This document shows positions 54,056-63,422 of a stretch of 64,000 nucleotides of DNA, piece after piece. Made by a program: the position numbers and the translations under genes. Under the pieces are notes generated by a model. The model worked only from the letters and a program-made list of their open reading frames with translations, was not told the origin of the DNA and made no database searches. This stretch comes from Candidatus Eiseniibacteriota bacterium. GTDB taxonomy: Bacteria > Eisenbacteria > RBG-16-71-46 > CAVPCR01. The stretch spans positions 928,001 to 992,000 of the forward strand of contig CAVPCR010000001.1 in the NCBI GenBank assembly GCA_963702435.1, read 5' to 3'. Within the stretch, counting starts at the first letter, position 1, and every line of letters begins with the position of its first letter.

Positions 54056-54691
54056 ATGGAAGTCACCTGGACCACCCTGGCCTGGCAAACGCTGGCCGCA
54101 TTCGCCACGCTCGCCATCTTCTCGTTCCTGATCGGCGACAACCCGCTCTACAAGTTCGTCGAGCGACTGTGGGTCGGCGTGACCACCGGCTACTGGACCA
54201 TGTTGCTCTTCTGGACCAGCTTCTGGGACAAGGTGTGGGTGCCGGTCGGGCAGCAGCACCAGTGGCACTACCTGATCCCGGTGGCGCTCGGCGTGCTCAT
54301 GTGGTTCCGCCTGTCGCCGCGGCGCGGCTGGCTCTCCCGCTATGCCCTCGCCTTCTACATCGGGATCTCGACCGGCGTGTTCATCCCGCTCGCCTTCAAG
54401 ACCGGCGTCTTCCTGCAGGTGGAGGGCACCATCCGCCCGGTGACGGCGGACCTGGTGGGGCTCAACTTCTTCCTGGCCCTCCTCGGACTCATCTGTTCCC
54501 TCTCCTACTTCTTCTTCTCGAAGCATCACACCGGGCTCCTCGGTGTGACCTCGCGAATCGGCATCATCACCCTGATGGTCGGCTTCGGCGCCGGATTCGG
54601 CTTGACCGTCATGGGCCGCGTCGCGCTCCTCGTCCAGCGCGTGATCTTCCTGCGCGACTACGCGACGAACCTGGTCGGGAAGCTCTTCTAG
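54056..54691 (+). CDS. uncharacterised ~6-TM protein (system subunit D)
   Basis: TLAIFSFL..DNP.Y, LSYFFFS, LMVGFGAGFG.TVMGR. Confidence 0.85.
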   Translation: MEVTWTTLAWQTLAAFATLAIFSFLIGDNPLYKFVERLWVGVTTGYWTMLLFWTSFWDKVWVPVGQQHQWHYLIPVALGVLMWFRLSPRRGWLSRYALAFYIGISTGVFIPLAFKTGVFLQVEGTIRPVTADLVGLNFFLALLGLICSLSYFFFSKHHTGLLGVTSRIGIITLMVGFGAGFGLTVMGRVALLVQRVIFLRDYATNLVGKLF

Positions 54692-54715
54692 CACCCGGGC
54701 GGAACCGGCGCCGCA

Positions 54716-55774
54716 CTACGCGGCGTCGGTGTCGAGCGCGAGGCTCGCCCGCGGCGGGGTCCACGGGAGCGCGAAGGCGAAGGTCGAGCCCTCCCCGGGC
54801 TGGCTCTCCACCCACACGTTGCCGCCGTGGAGCTCGACGAAGCTCTTCACGAGGTAGAGCCCGAGCCCGAGGCTCTTGGCGCCGCGCCGCACCGAACCCG
54901 AGTGGAAGATCTCGAAGATCTGGTCCACCTCCTCGGGACGGATGCCGGAGCCGGTGTCGGTCACCGCCACCTCGATTCCTTCAGCGGCGGCGCCCAGGCG
55001 CACGATGATCACGCCTCCCGGCTCGGTGAACTTGACCGCGTTCGAGAGCAGATTGAGCACGCACTGCCGGATCTTGGTCGGATCGAGCACGACCGGGCCG
55101 AGATCGGCGAGCTGGCGCTCGATGCGGAGCCCGCGCTCGGCCGCCGGGAGCTGCACCACGTCGCAGGCCGAGGCCACGAGCTCGCTGACGCGAATCGGCT
55201 CCGCTTCGAGCGTGAGACGGCCGCTCTGCAGCCGCGCGAAATCGAACAGCTCGTCCACCAGTCCCATCATCGCCTTGCACTGCTGGTGGAGCGCCTGACA
55301 GAGGGAGCGGCGCTCGTCATCCGAGATCGTGTCGTAGTACTCGGCCAGCACCTCGGCGTAAGAGACGATGCCGGAGAGCGGGGTCCGGAGTTCGTGCGTG
55401 GCGGTGGCGAGGAAGATCTCCGACTGCCGGTGATGCTCGATGAGCTTGCGGTTGGCCCGCTCGAGGGCCTCGACCCGGCTCTCGTTCCGGGGCTCCCGCT
55501 CACGGTCTCCCCGCTCACGGTCTTCCCGCTCGGGGTCTTCCCGCTCGGGGTCTTCGCGCCCGGCGTCGTCGCGGCGGGCGTCGTCGCGCCCGGCGTCCTC
55601 GCGGCGGGCGCGCTCGGCACGCCCGCTCTCCGCGGTCTTGCCGGGCGCCGCACCTTGGCTTCCCCGGATCCTGGCGGGCCGCGCGCGTTCGGCCGGGCGG
55701 CTCCGGTGACGGAGCGCAAAGAAGAGGCCGATCCCCACCAGCGCGGCGGCGGCGAGGATCACGGCGATCAACAT
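54716..55774 (-). CDS. membrane-anchored sensor histidine kinase (alternative start 55912)
   Basis: HELRTPL H-box, NLLSNAVKFT, DTGSGI, GLGL, GSTF. Confidence 0.9.
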   Translation of the reverse strand: MLIAVILAAAALVGIGLFFALRHRSRPAERARPARIRGSQGAAPGKTAESGRAERARREDAGRDDARRDDAGREDPEREDPEREDRERGDREREPRNESRVEALERANRKLIEHHRQSEIFLATATHELRTPLSGIVSYAEVLAEYYDTISDDERRSLCQALHQQCKAMMGLVDELFDFARLQSGRLTLEAEPIRVSELVASACDVVQLPAAERGLRIERQLADLGPVVLDPTKIRQCVLNLLSNAVKFTEPGGVIIVRLGAAAEGIEVAVTDTGSGIRPEEVDQIFEIFHSGSVRRGAKSLGLGLYLVKSFVELHGGNVWVESQPGEGSTFAFALPWTPPRASLALDTDAA

Positions 55775-56131
55775 GTCGGCGGGCAGATTCAATGGTGCGC
55801 GGTATGACCTGATGGCGCCCGCGAGGCGCGCGGCAAACTGCGGCCGGGTCTCGCCAGGCGCCGGGGTTCGGGACCGAGCGTAACCGGCTGTCTCCAGGTC
55901 GTATCGGCGCATTGCCCGGTCATCCTGAACCGGAGCGTCGCCGGCGCCGTCCCGCCGCCCTCGGCCCGGGCCGCCTTGATCCAGTGCGCACGCCCCGGGT
56001 ACCACACTTGTTGCGGTTTGCGAGCGCGCGCGCATCTTGCACGCCGGTCCGGGCGGCGTGGGAACTCCTGCCTGTCTGCTCCCGGCGGCGCGGATTCGAC
56101 ACCTGATGGCCGGAGCGCGGCCCCGCGCAGA

Positions 56132-56148
56132 CTGGCCCCGGGCTTGCT
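56132..56148 (+). promoter_or_regulatory. sigma54-type -24/-12 promoter upstream of the Flp pilin
   Basis: CTGGC-CCCGGGC-TTGCT, canonical GG-N10-GC spacing. Confidence 0.65.
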
Positions 56149-56253
56149 TGGGATGAGGGGCTTTCCGTCCCCACCCGGATTCCCGCGGCCGCCGTCCGTC
56201 TTGTGCGGAGCGGAACCGCTCGCACGCAGCCACGACCAACAGGCAGGTGTTCC

Positions 56254-56424
56254 ATGTTCGCACAGCTTCGCCGTCTGGCCACCGACGACCGTGGCGCCGA
56301 CATGATCGAGTACGGGCTCATCGCGGCGATCATCTCGATCGCCGCCCTGGTCGCCCTGATGGCGATCGGACCGATCGTCGGCCAGCTCTGGGACCAGATC
56401 GCCGGGGCGATGCAGCAGGTCTGA
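56254..56424 (+). CDS. flp: Flp/Tad type IV pilin
   Basis: DDRG|ADMIEYGLIAAII Flp motif followed by a hydrophobic helix; 56 aa. Confidence 0.88.
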   Translation: MFAQLRRLATDDRGADMIEYGLIAAIISIAALVALMAIGPIVGQLWDQIAGAMQQV

Positions 56425-56540
56425 CCGCGACCCGGCGGCGGCCGGTCCGCGGGGAGCACCGGCGCAGCTCCGCCCGCAGGAGGCCTCGTTCCGATGACAG
56501 GACGTCGCACACCGCCGCGCGGCGCGCACGCAGTCACCGC

Positions 56541-56789
56541 CTACGCGTGCGTCTTCCGCACGTAGGCGACGACCACGTCCCCCTCCTCGGCCATGCCGAG
56601 GAGCTCGTGGTGCGCCATCCTGCACCAGGCGGGTAGATCCACGAGCACGCCCCGATCGTCGGCACGGATGAGGAGCACCTCGCCGACCGCCATCTCCTTC
56701 ACGGCCGCCGCCGTCTTGATGATGGGAACGGGGCAGAAGAGCCCGACCGCATCCAGCGTGCGCGCGGGCTCGGTGTCGGCGGGATGCAT
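56541..56789 (-). CDS. tusA: TusA/SirA-family sulfur carrier
   Basis: LDAVGLFCPVPII, DD..V..DLPAWC. Confidence 0.88.
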   Translation of the reverse strand: MHPADTEPARTLDAVGLFCPVPIIKTAAAVKEMAVGEVLLIRADDRGVLVDLPAWCRMAHHELLGMAEEGDVVVAYVRKTHA

Positions 56790-57854
56790 CACTGGATGCG
56801 GTAGCTGTCGAGCTCGCGGAGGCTCATGCCGGCGATGGCGACGATCTCCCTCTCCTCGCCGTCCCTGCGCGCGAAGATGCGCGTCGAGCCGTCCGCTGGG
56901 CAATCGGAGTAGCGCACCGTGATCTCGGCGAGCTTCGCCATCTCGGTCGCGTCCGGCTCGCCGTCCACCCAGGTGGTCGGGCCTGAGATGTCGGGTGTCG
57001 TCGAGGAGCCAGTGCCCGGCCCCGAAGTACGAGAGGAACTTGTTCTCGCCCTCCATGCGACCGACGATCGCGCGGACCCGCGGCGAGAGACGGAAATGGC
57101 GGCCGACCTTGAGGATCAGGAAGTCTTCGAGCTTCAACTCGCGCTGTCCGTCCCAGTGCGCCATGAAGTCGTGGAACTTCTTGGCGTAGTTATCGTCGGT
57201 CAGGAAGCAGCAGCCGCCGGCCGGCTGCGGGAACTCCTCGATCTCGAAGCTGGCGGCGAGCGCCATCTGGCCCGTGCGCGTGCGGCCGCGGATGGAGCCG
57301 AGGCGCTCGCGATCGACGAGCCCCGTCTTCTCCGGCTCGGTCGGCGGCAGGCACTGCGCCGAGAGCGGGCGGAGGAGCTTCCCCTTCAAGCCCGACTCGC
57401 GCTCGATCAAGTCGAGGATCGGGCGCATCTGGCTCATCGGCCGCTGTCCGAGCACCTCCCCGGTCGCCACGAAATCGGCGCCGATCCCTTCCATGATCTC
57501 GCGCGCCTTCCGGAGCATGAAGATGCGGCAGTCGATGCAGGGGTTGGCCGCAGAGCCGTAGCCATGCTTCGGTTTGGTGAGGATGTCGAGGTACTCCTTC
57601 GAGATGTCGACGATCTCGACCTCGACGTCGAGATCGGCGCCGGCGCGGAGCGCCTCGTTGCGGAGCTTCTTCAAGTCGTCCGTCTTTCGCACCTTGCGCG
57701 CGTGATCGGTGAGGCAGAAGCCGGTGTTGAAGTTGACCGCGTGCACCTCGACGCCCTGCTCCTTGAGCATGCGCACGGCGAGGGTCGAATCGAGGCCTCC
57801 TGAAAGGAGGACGACCGCCTTGGGCGGGCGCGGGGCGGCACCCGGAGGCAGCAC
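56789..57854 (-). CDS. PP-loop tRNA sulfurtransferase (ThiI/MnmA-like); frameshift near 57002; start uncertain
   Basis: SGGLDS, NPCIDCR, TGEVLGQRPMSQ, PAGGCCFLT, GRHFR; C-terminus GPTTWV..RYSD..YRIQ* in a shifted frame. Confidence 0.85.
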
Positions 57855-58088
57855 GGGAGCGTGTTCAGCAGAACGCCATGACCTTGGAATCCTCGATGCA
57901 GTCGATCTCGCAGCGGCCGACCACGGGACGGAGCCCGGAACAGGCTCCCGGCCGACCCCGGAACGATACGTGGCGGCGGGCAATGAGGCAAGGGGGTCTG
58001 GCTCCGCTGAGCGCGCACGCGGCGAGCGACGGGGGCGCACAAAGAGACTACCACTGCGGGGCTCAGGCCCGGTAACGTTGGCGGTCCT

Positions 58089-59432
58089 ATGCGGGATGAA
58101 GCCGATCTCGAGACCGTTGCCGGGAAGGCGCTCGCGGCGGCCCTCGGCGCCGGAGCGGACGAGGCGGAGGCGTACGTCGAGCGGACGCGTGTGACGTGCG
58201 TTCACCGGATCGGGCGGCGGACCACGAGCCACACCTACATGGAGGAGGGGATCGGGCTGCGCGTCCTCGCCGGCGGGCGGCCCGGGTTCTGGGCGCTGTC
58301 GGGCGCAAGCGGCGAGCACCTGGGCGCGCTGGCGCGGAGAGCTGTCGGCAGCACGCAAGGGGAGCCGGCGCGCGCTCATGCAGTGCTCCCCGAACCGGCC
58401 ACAGCGATCCCCGCCGCCGAGCCCTTTGCCCTCGTCGATCCGGCGCTCATCGTCGCCACGATCGCCGAGAAGAGCGCGCTCCTCGAGCGCGAGGAAGACG
58501 CCTGTCGCGCCGCCGTTCGCCTCGCGCGCGCCGACTTCATGTACGAGGACCGGCTGAGCGAGACCCATCTTGCATCGACACGCGGCGTGCGCGTCGCAAC
58601 GACGGCCGCCAAGGCCGGCATCTCCGGCCGTGTGATCGCGCGGGCCGACCGGGCGGCGGTCGCAAGCGGGCGCGTGACGACGCGGCGCTTCACGGACCTC
58701 GCGACCCCGTGCCTCGGCCCGCTCCTCGGAGCGCGCGCCGCGCGCATCGCGGGCGCCGGGCGAGCCCCGGCGGGCCGCCGCACCCTCGTCCTGCCGCCGG
58801 ACCTCGCCGCCGACCTCCTCGCCGCGCTCGCCGTCGCGCTCTCGGCGGATCGTGTGGTGCGCGGCGAGTCGTTCCTCGCCGGTCGGCTCGGGAGGCGGGT
58901 CGGGAACGATCTCCTGAACGTGATCGACGACGGGACACTCCCCGGCGGGCTCGCGAGCGCCCCGCTCGACGACGAGGGCACGCCGACCGCCTATCACCAT
59001 CCGATCGTCGGCGGGCGGCTCGCCGGCTGGCTCTGCGATGCGACCTCCGCGGCCGCGCTCGGCCTCCCCTCGACCGGGAACGCCATGCGCACCTCGTGCC
59101 GCATGCCGCCCGCGATCGGGCCCCGCAATCTGATCCTCACGCCGGGGTGCCGCACGCCGGAGGAGATCGTCGCCGCGATCGAGCACGGCCTCCTCGTGCA
59201 CGAGGCCGAGCGGAAGGCGTTCGACGCGGCGAGCGGCCGCTATCTCCTCAGCGTCACCGGGCAACTCATCACGCACGGACAGCCCGGACGGGCAGCGCGG
59301 GGGACCGTGACCGCCCTCCTGCCGGAGATGCTCATGAACCTCACGGCGCTCGGCCACGACCTCGCGTTCACGAACCTCGTCGCGGCGCCGACCATCGCCA
59401 TCGCCGGAGTGAGCGTCACGCCGGCGAGGTGA
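58089..59432 (+). CDS. TldD/PmbA family protein (PmbA/TldE-like, no HExxxH seen)
   Basis: GADEAEAY, GIGLRV, DDGTLPGGLASAPLDDEG, STGNA. Confidence 0.85.
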   Translation: MRDEADLETVAGKALAAALGAGADEAEAYVERTRVTCVHRIGRRTTSHTYMEEGIGLRVLAGGRPGFWALSGASGEHLGALARRAVGSTQGEPARAHAVLPEPATAIPAAEPFALVDPALIVATIAEKSALLEREEDACRAAVRLARADFMYEDRLSETHLASTRGVRVATTAAKAGISGRVIARADRAAVASGRVTTRRFTDLATPCLGPLLGARAARIAGAGRAPAGRRTLVLPPDLAADLLAALAVALSADRVVRGESFLAGRLGRRVGNDLLNVIDDGTLPGGLASAPLDDEGTPTAYHHPIVGGRLAGWLCDATSAAALGLPSTGNAMRTSCRMPPAIGPRNLILTPGCRTPEEIVAAIEHGLLVHEAERKAFDAASGRYLLSVTGQLITHGQPGRAARGTVTALLPEMLMNLTALGHDLAFTNLVAAPTIAIAGVSVTPAR

Positions 59433-59468
59433 GGCGGGCCGACACCCCGGTCTGCCCGGCCGCCGGGA

Positions 59469-61715
59469 TCACGGTCCCGGCAGCAACACCATCTTCCTCA
59501 CTTCCTGGTGGGCGCCGGCCGTAAGCCGGTAGAAGTAGACTCCTGACGGGACGAGCGCTCCCCGGCTGTCGCGCCGATCCCAGGCGACCTGGTGCCCGCC
59601 GGCCGGGAGCGCGCCAATCGCCAGTACCTGTACGCGGCGGCCACCGGTATCGAAGACGTCGAGCACGACATCGTTCACCGCCGCCGGCAAGCTGAAGCGG
59701 ATGCTGGTCGAGCGCGCGAACGGGTTGGGTTGGTTCTGATCCATCCGCACTGCCAGCGGCACCGTCGCCGCCGGCTCCTCGATCCCCGTCGTGGCGCACT
59801 GGGCCGGAAAGATCTGGACGCCGGAGTAGCTCGCGGCGAGGTAGACGTAGTCGCCGCTGACGGCCACAGCTTCACAGAGGGCGAGATCACTGCCCGGCGG
59901 ACCATCCGCATACGCCGCGCCCACGAGCACCGGCGATGCGGCATTCGAGATGTCAACCACCTGCAGGCCCGAGCTGAAGTCGGCCACGTAGGCATGGTTC
60001 CCGGCCACCGCAACGCCCTGGGCGTCGCGCGGCGTATCCACTCTGCCGAGGAGGACTGGCGACGCGGGATCCGAGATGCCGACCACCTGGAGACCGGATT
60101 CACCGACAGCGACGTAGACGTAGGCCCCGCTGACCGTCACGCCCCGCGGTTCCGGCATGGGGACGATTGTCACGAAGACTGGAGAGGCGGGGTTCGAGAT
60201 CCGGACGACCGTCAGTGCCCCGGGACCGTCGGCAATGTAGGCGTAGTCCCCCGCGACGACCACCTCGACGGCGGAGCCCATGGTGTCGAAGCTTCCGACG
60301 AGGACCGGTGACAGCGGGTTCGACACGTTGATCACCTGCAGCCCGGAGATGCCGTCGGCAACGTACGCGTAGCTACCGGCCACCGCCACCCCGGAAGCAT
60401 GGCCCGGCGTGTCGGCGGTCCCGACGATCGCCGGGGATGTGGGGTTGGCGATAGCGACCACCTGCAAACCACGGGCCCCATCTGCGATGTAGGCATGCGC
60501 CCCGGCCAGCGCGACGCCCAGGGCCGTGCCGGGCGTATCGGCGTTGCCCACGAGGACAGGCGACGACGGAGTCGATACATCCACCACCTGGAGGCCACGG
60601 TCGCCGTCCGCGATGTAGGCATGGTTTCCGCGCAACGCCACCCAGCTGGCGCGGCCGATCGTATCGATGGCGCCCACCAGCGCCGGCGACCGCGGATTCG
60701 ACAGGTCGGCGACGATGAGGCCCGGAGAGGTGCCGATATAGGCGTAGCCCCCGGCCATGACCACGGCCTGAGCACCCTCAACGCCGGAGGGAACAACGAG
60801 GGTGCCGAGGAGAACGGGCGAGCTCGGGCTCGAGACGTCGAGCATGCGGATGCCACAGGTCCCGTTGGCGGCGCAGACGAGGTCGCCCGCCACGGACACC
60901 CCTCCGACGCCTATGCCCGGCAGGTACACACTCCCGGCGATAGTCGGTGCGGCCGGGTTCGTGACGTTCACCACCTTGAGATCGCTTCCTGCGGCGATGT
61001 AGGCATAGCTCCCCGCCACCGCGATGTCGACGGCCTCACTCGAAGTGCCGACGCTGCCGACGATGACAGGCGCAGCCGGGTTCGACACGTTGATCACCTG
61101 CAACCCGGAGATGCCGTCGGCAACGTACGCGTAGCTGCCCGCCACCCACACGTCGTAGGCCGTGCCGGGCGTATCGACGTTCCCGACGAGGACGGGCGCG
61201 GCGGGGTTCGCCACGTTCACCACCTGGAGGCCACGGACGTCATCGCTGATGTAGCAGGTGCTGCCGGCCACGGCGACGCCCTGTGCGTCCCCCGGCGTAT
61301 CGACACTACCGACAACCTGCGGCGCCGCCGGGTTGGATACGTCAACCACGCGGAGGCCGTAGGGGCCGACGGCGACATAGGCGTAGTTGCCGGCGACCGC
61401 GACCGCCCTGCCCACCCCGATCTCCGGCAGGAGGACGTTGCCCAGCCCGCCAGGGGACGACGGAAGCGTGATGTCGATGACATAGAGACGTTGGTGGCCG
61501 ATCACATAGGCCCGATTCCCGGCCACCGCCACATCGAAGCCTCCCCACGTGCTGATCTGTCCCTCAACATGCAGGAAGTCCGCATAGTCGATGCACTCCG
61601 CAAGCGCACCGCCGCCGAGAGCAAGACCTGCAAAGAGCACGAACGCCGCTACGGCCGCCTTGCGCCACCGCCTGCGAACCGCATTGCGTCTACAGGTGAC
61701 ATGGTTGGCAGTCAT
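59469..61715 (-). CDS. secreted LVIVD-repeat protein with FlgD-like CTD
   Basis: Signal peptide; a dozen or more VAVAGxYAYVADGxxGLQVI repeats; NQPNPF..WDRRD..SGVYFYRL; GGAGG RBS. Confidence 0.9.
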   Translation of the reverse strand: MTANHVTCRRNAVRRRWRKAAVAAFVLFAGLALGGGALAECIDYADFLHVEGQISTWGGFDVAVAGNRAYVIGHQRLYVIDITLPSSPGGLGNVLLPEIGVGRAVAVAGNYAYVAVGPYGLRVVDVSNPAAPQVVGSVDTPGDAQGVAVAGSTCYISDDVRGLQVVNVANPAAPVLVGNVDTPGTAYDVWVAGSYAYVADGISGLQVINVSNPAAPVIVGSVGTSSEAVDIAVAGSYAYIAAGSDLKVVNVTNPAAPTIAGSVYLPGIGVGGVSVAGDLVCAANGTCGIRMLDVSSPSSPVLLGTLVVPSGVEGAQAVVMAGGYAYIGTSPGLIVADLSNPRSPALVGAIDTIGRASWVALRGNHAYIADGDRGLQVVDVSTPSSPVLVGNADTPGTALGVALAGAHAYIADGARGLQVVAIANPTSPAIVGTADTPGHASGVAVAGSYAYVADGISGLQVINVSNPLSPVLVGSFDTMGSAVEVVVAGDYAYIADGPGALTVVRISNPASPVFVTIVPMPEPRGVTVSGAYVYVAVGESGLQVVGISDPASPVLLGRVDTPRDAQGVAVAGNHAYVADFSSGLQVVDISNAASPVLVGAAYADGPPGSDLALCEAVAVSGDYVYLAASYSGVQIFPAQCATTGIEEPAATVPLAVRMDQNQPNPFARSTSIRFSLPAAVNDVVLDVFDTGGRRVQVLAIGALPAGGHQVAWDRRDSRGALVPSGVYFYRLTAGAHQEVRKMVLLPGP

Positions 61716-61850
61716 GGGTTCACCTCCATTCAGTGCAACCCCTGGGTCGCCGGCCGCTTCAGGCCGCGGACCCGCCGCGTGGGCGTCGACTACCAGCAAT
61801 TATAGCGCTGTGGCCGTCAATCCGCCCTGCCGGCCGGCGCCCCCGCCTCG

Positions 61851-62732
61851 CTACCGCCGGCGGGCGATGGCGATCACCTCGCGCCGGAGCAGATCGTCGC
61901 GCGTGTAGCGCCCGCCGATCTCGCGCTCGATCTCGGGCGTGAGCAGCGCCTCCCCCTCGGTCCGCGCCGTCACCCACTCGCAGAGCTCGAGCCGCGTCTC
62001 CGCGGCGAAGGCCGCCCGGTAGTCGCTCTCCTTGAGCTTGTTCAGGTAGACGTGCGCGGGGAAGCGGTTCGCGCGCAGGTGATCCCAGGGCGGCACATCG
62101 GCGGGCACCGACTCCTCCGGAAAAGCCCACGCCATGTGATGCCCGCCGGAGAGGCTCGGGAAGAGATGGATCGCGATGTGGGCGACGCCGCCGGGCCGCA
62201 GCAGGCGCGCGACCTGGGCGGTCGCCGCCGGCACGTCGGGCAGGTGCTCGAAGACCGCGTTCGAGATGACGGCGTCGAAGCTCGCGTCGGGAAACTCGAT
62301 CTCGGTCACCGAGAGCCGGCGGAGATCGAGCGCGCGCCGCGCCAGCGGCTTCCGGATGAGCTCGGCGAGGCGGCGATCGTACGCCGGATCGAACATGAGC
62401 TGGCGGACGAGGGTCTTCCCCGCCCGCTCGAGGCCGTCGGCCCGCCAGGTGGCGAGGAAGGAGCCGAGGCCGGGGCCGTGCGTGATGAGCTCGGTGTCGA
62501 TGCCGATGACCTCGTTCCCCGCCGCCGTGAAGAGGAGGGTCGCCGGGGTGCGCTGCCCGCAGCCCACGTCGAGCATGCGGAGCCCGGTGGCCGGGCGCCC
62601 GAGCGCACGCTCGAGACGCTCGCGCGTCGCCCCGTAGACATCGCGGAAATCATGCTCGGCGAACGCGGCGGAGCGCGCCCGATGGTAGGCGAAGAGCTCG
62701 CGAGCCGTGCGGATCTTCCGGGCGATCCTCAT
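61851..62732 (-). CDS. class I SAM-dependent methyltransferase
   Basis: MLDVGCG, FPDASFDAVISNAVFEHL, LLRPGG. Confidence 0.9.
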   Translation of the reverse strand: MRIARKIRTARELFAYHRARSAAFAEHDFRDVYGATRERLERALGRPATGLRMLDVGCGQRTPATLLFTAAGNEVIGIDTELITHGPGLGSFLATWRADGLERAGKTLVRQLMFDPAYDRRLAELIRKPLARRALDLRRLSVTEIEFPDASFDAVISNAVFEHLPDVPAATAQVARLLRPGGVAHIAIHLFPSLSGGHHMAWAFPEESVPADVPPWDHLRANRFPAHVYLNKLKESDYRAAFAAETRLELCEWVTARTEGEALLTPEIEREIGGRYTRDDLLRREVIAIARRR

Positions 62733-62742
62733 GGGCGACCTG

Positions 62743-63372
62743 CTAGCCGATCCAGCCGAGCCAGTCGTGGAACAGGAACTGGAAGCGGCCGATCAGGAGC
62801 GTGATGCGGCCCATCACGGTGTAGCCGAAGCTCGCGCCGAACCCGAGCATGAGGAAGAGGATCCCGATGCGCGAGGCGGTGCCGACCGGACCCTTGTGCT
62901 CGACCGAGAAGTAGAAGTAGATGAGGCACGAGATGACGCCCGCGACGAGCACGAACGCGGAGATCATGGCCGCGAGGCCCACCGCCGCCGCCGGCGCGGT
63001 GAGCGTGCCGCCGATCTGCCTCAGGACGTTGGCATCGAGGATCGACGGGATGAAGTAACCGGCGCCGGCCGCCACGTAGAAGGCGATCGGGTAGCGTGCC
63101 GCCCAGCCGTAGCGGAGCGAGAGGCGCGTGAACATGAGGATCCCGAAGAGCCCGCCGAACACGAGGACCCAGTTGGCCCCGAGGTCCTGCGACATCGGGA
63201 TGACCATCTTCTTGATGACGCCCGAGTAGAAGTACTGGACGACGTAGTACCCGGCGGAGACTCCGACCAGGAGATGCTCGGCGAAGCGGAAGACCCGGTT
63301 CTCCCGGTAGAGGAAGGAGAAGATGGCGAGAGTGAGGAGGGCGGTGACCCAGACACCCGGGTCGTGGCTCAT
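62743..63372 (-). CDS. paralog of subunit D (54056-54691)
   Basis: TLAIFSFL, VGVSAGY, YFYFS, SRIGI..LM.GFGA.FG.TVMGR shared with 54056. Confidence 0.85.
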   Translation of the reverse strand: MSHDPGVWVTALLTLAIFSFLYRENRVFRFAEHLLVGVSAGYYVVQYFYSGVIKKMVIPMSQDLGANWVLVFGGLFGILMFTRLSLRYGWAARYPIAFYVAAGAGYFIPSILDANVLRQIGGTLTAPAAAVGLAAMISAFVLVAGVISCLIYFYFSVEHKGPVGTASRIGILFLMLGFGASFGYTVMGRITLLIGRFQFLFHDWLGWIG

Positions 63373-63422
63373 GACCGCCCCTCCCGCGTGCGGGCGCGGT
63401 GGCTCATGACCGCCCCTCCCGC
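63364..63422. repeat. 24-bp direct duplication of the RBS/ATGA junction
   Basis: GTGGCTCATGACCGCCCCTCCCGC at 63364-63387 and 63399-63422. Confidence 0.9.

Noticed and set aside
56080..56110. GGATTCGAC resembling a tRNA T-loop or tmRNA 5' end
   Set aside because: No cloverleaf or matching acceptor stem
56541..59357. Apparent 938-aa sulfurtransferase-TusA fusion
   Set aside because: Produced by a frameshift near 57002 plus antisense readthrough over the PmbA-like gene
38487..59432. RiPP cluster suggested by the SagB-like and TldD/PmbA genes
   Set aside because: No YcaO, RRE or Cys/Ser/Thr-rich precursor; the genes are ~18 kb apart; the 21-aa mini-ORF is explained as an LVIVD remnant
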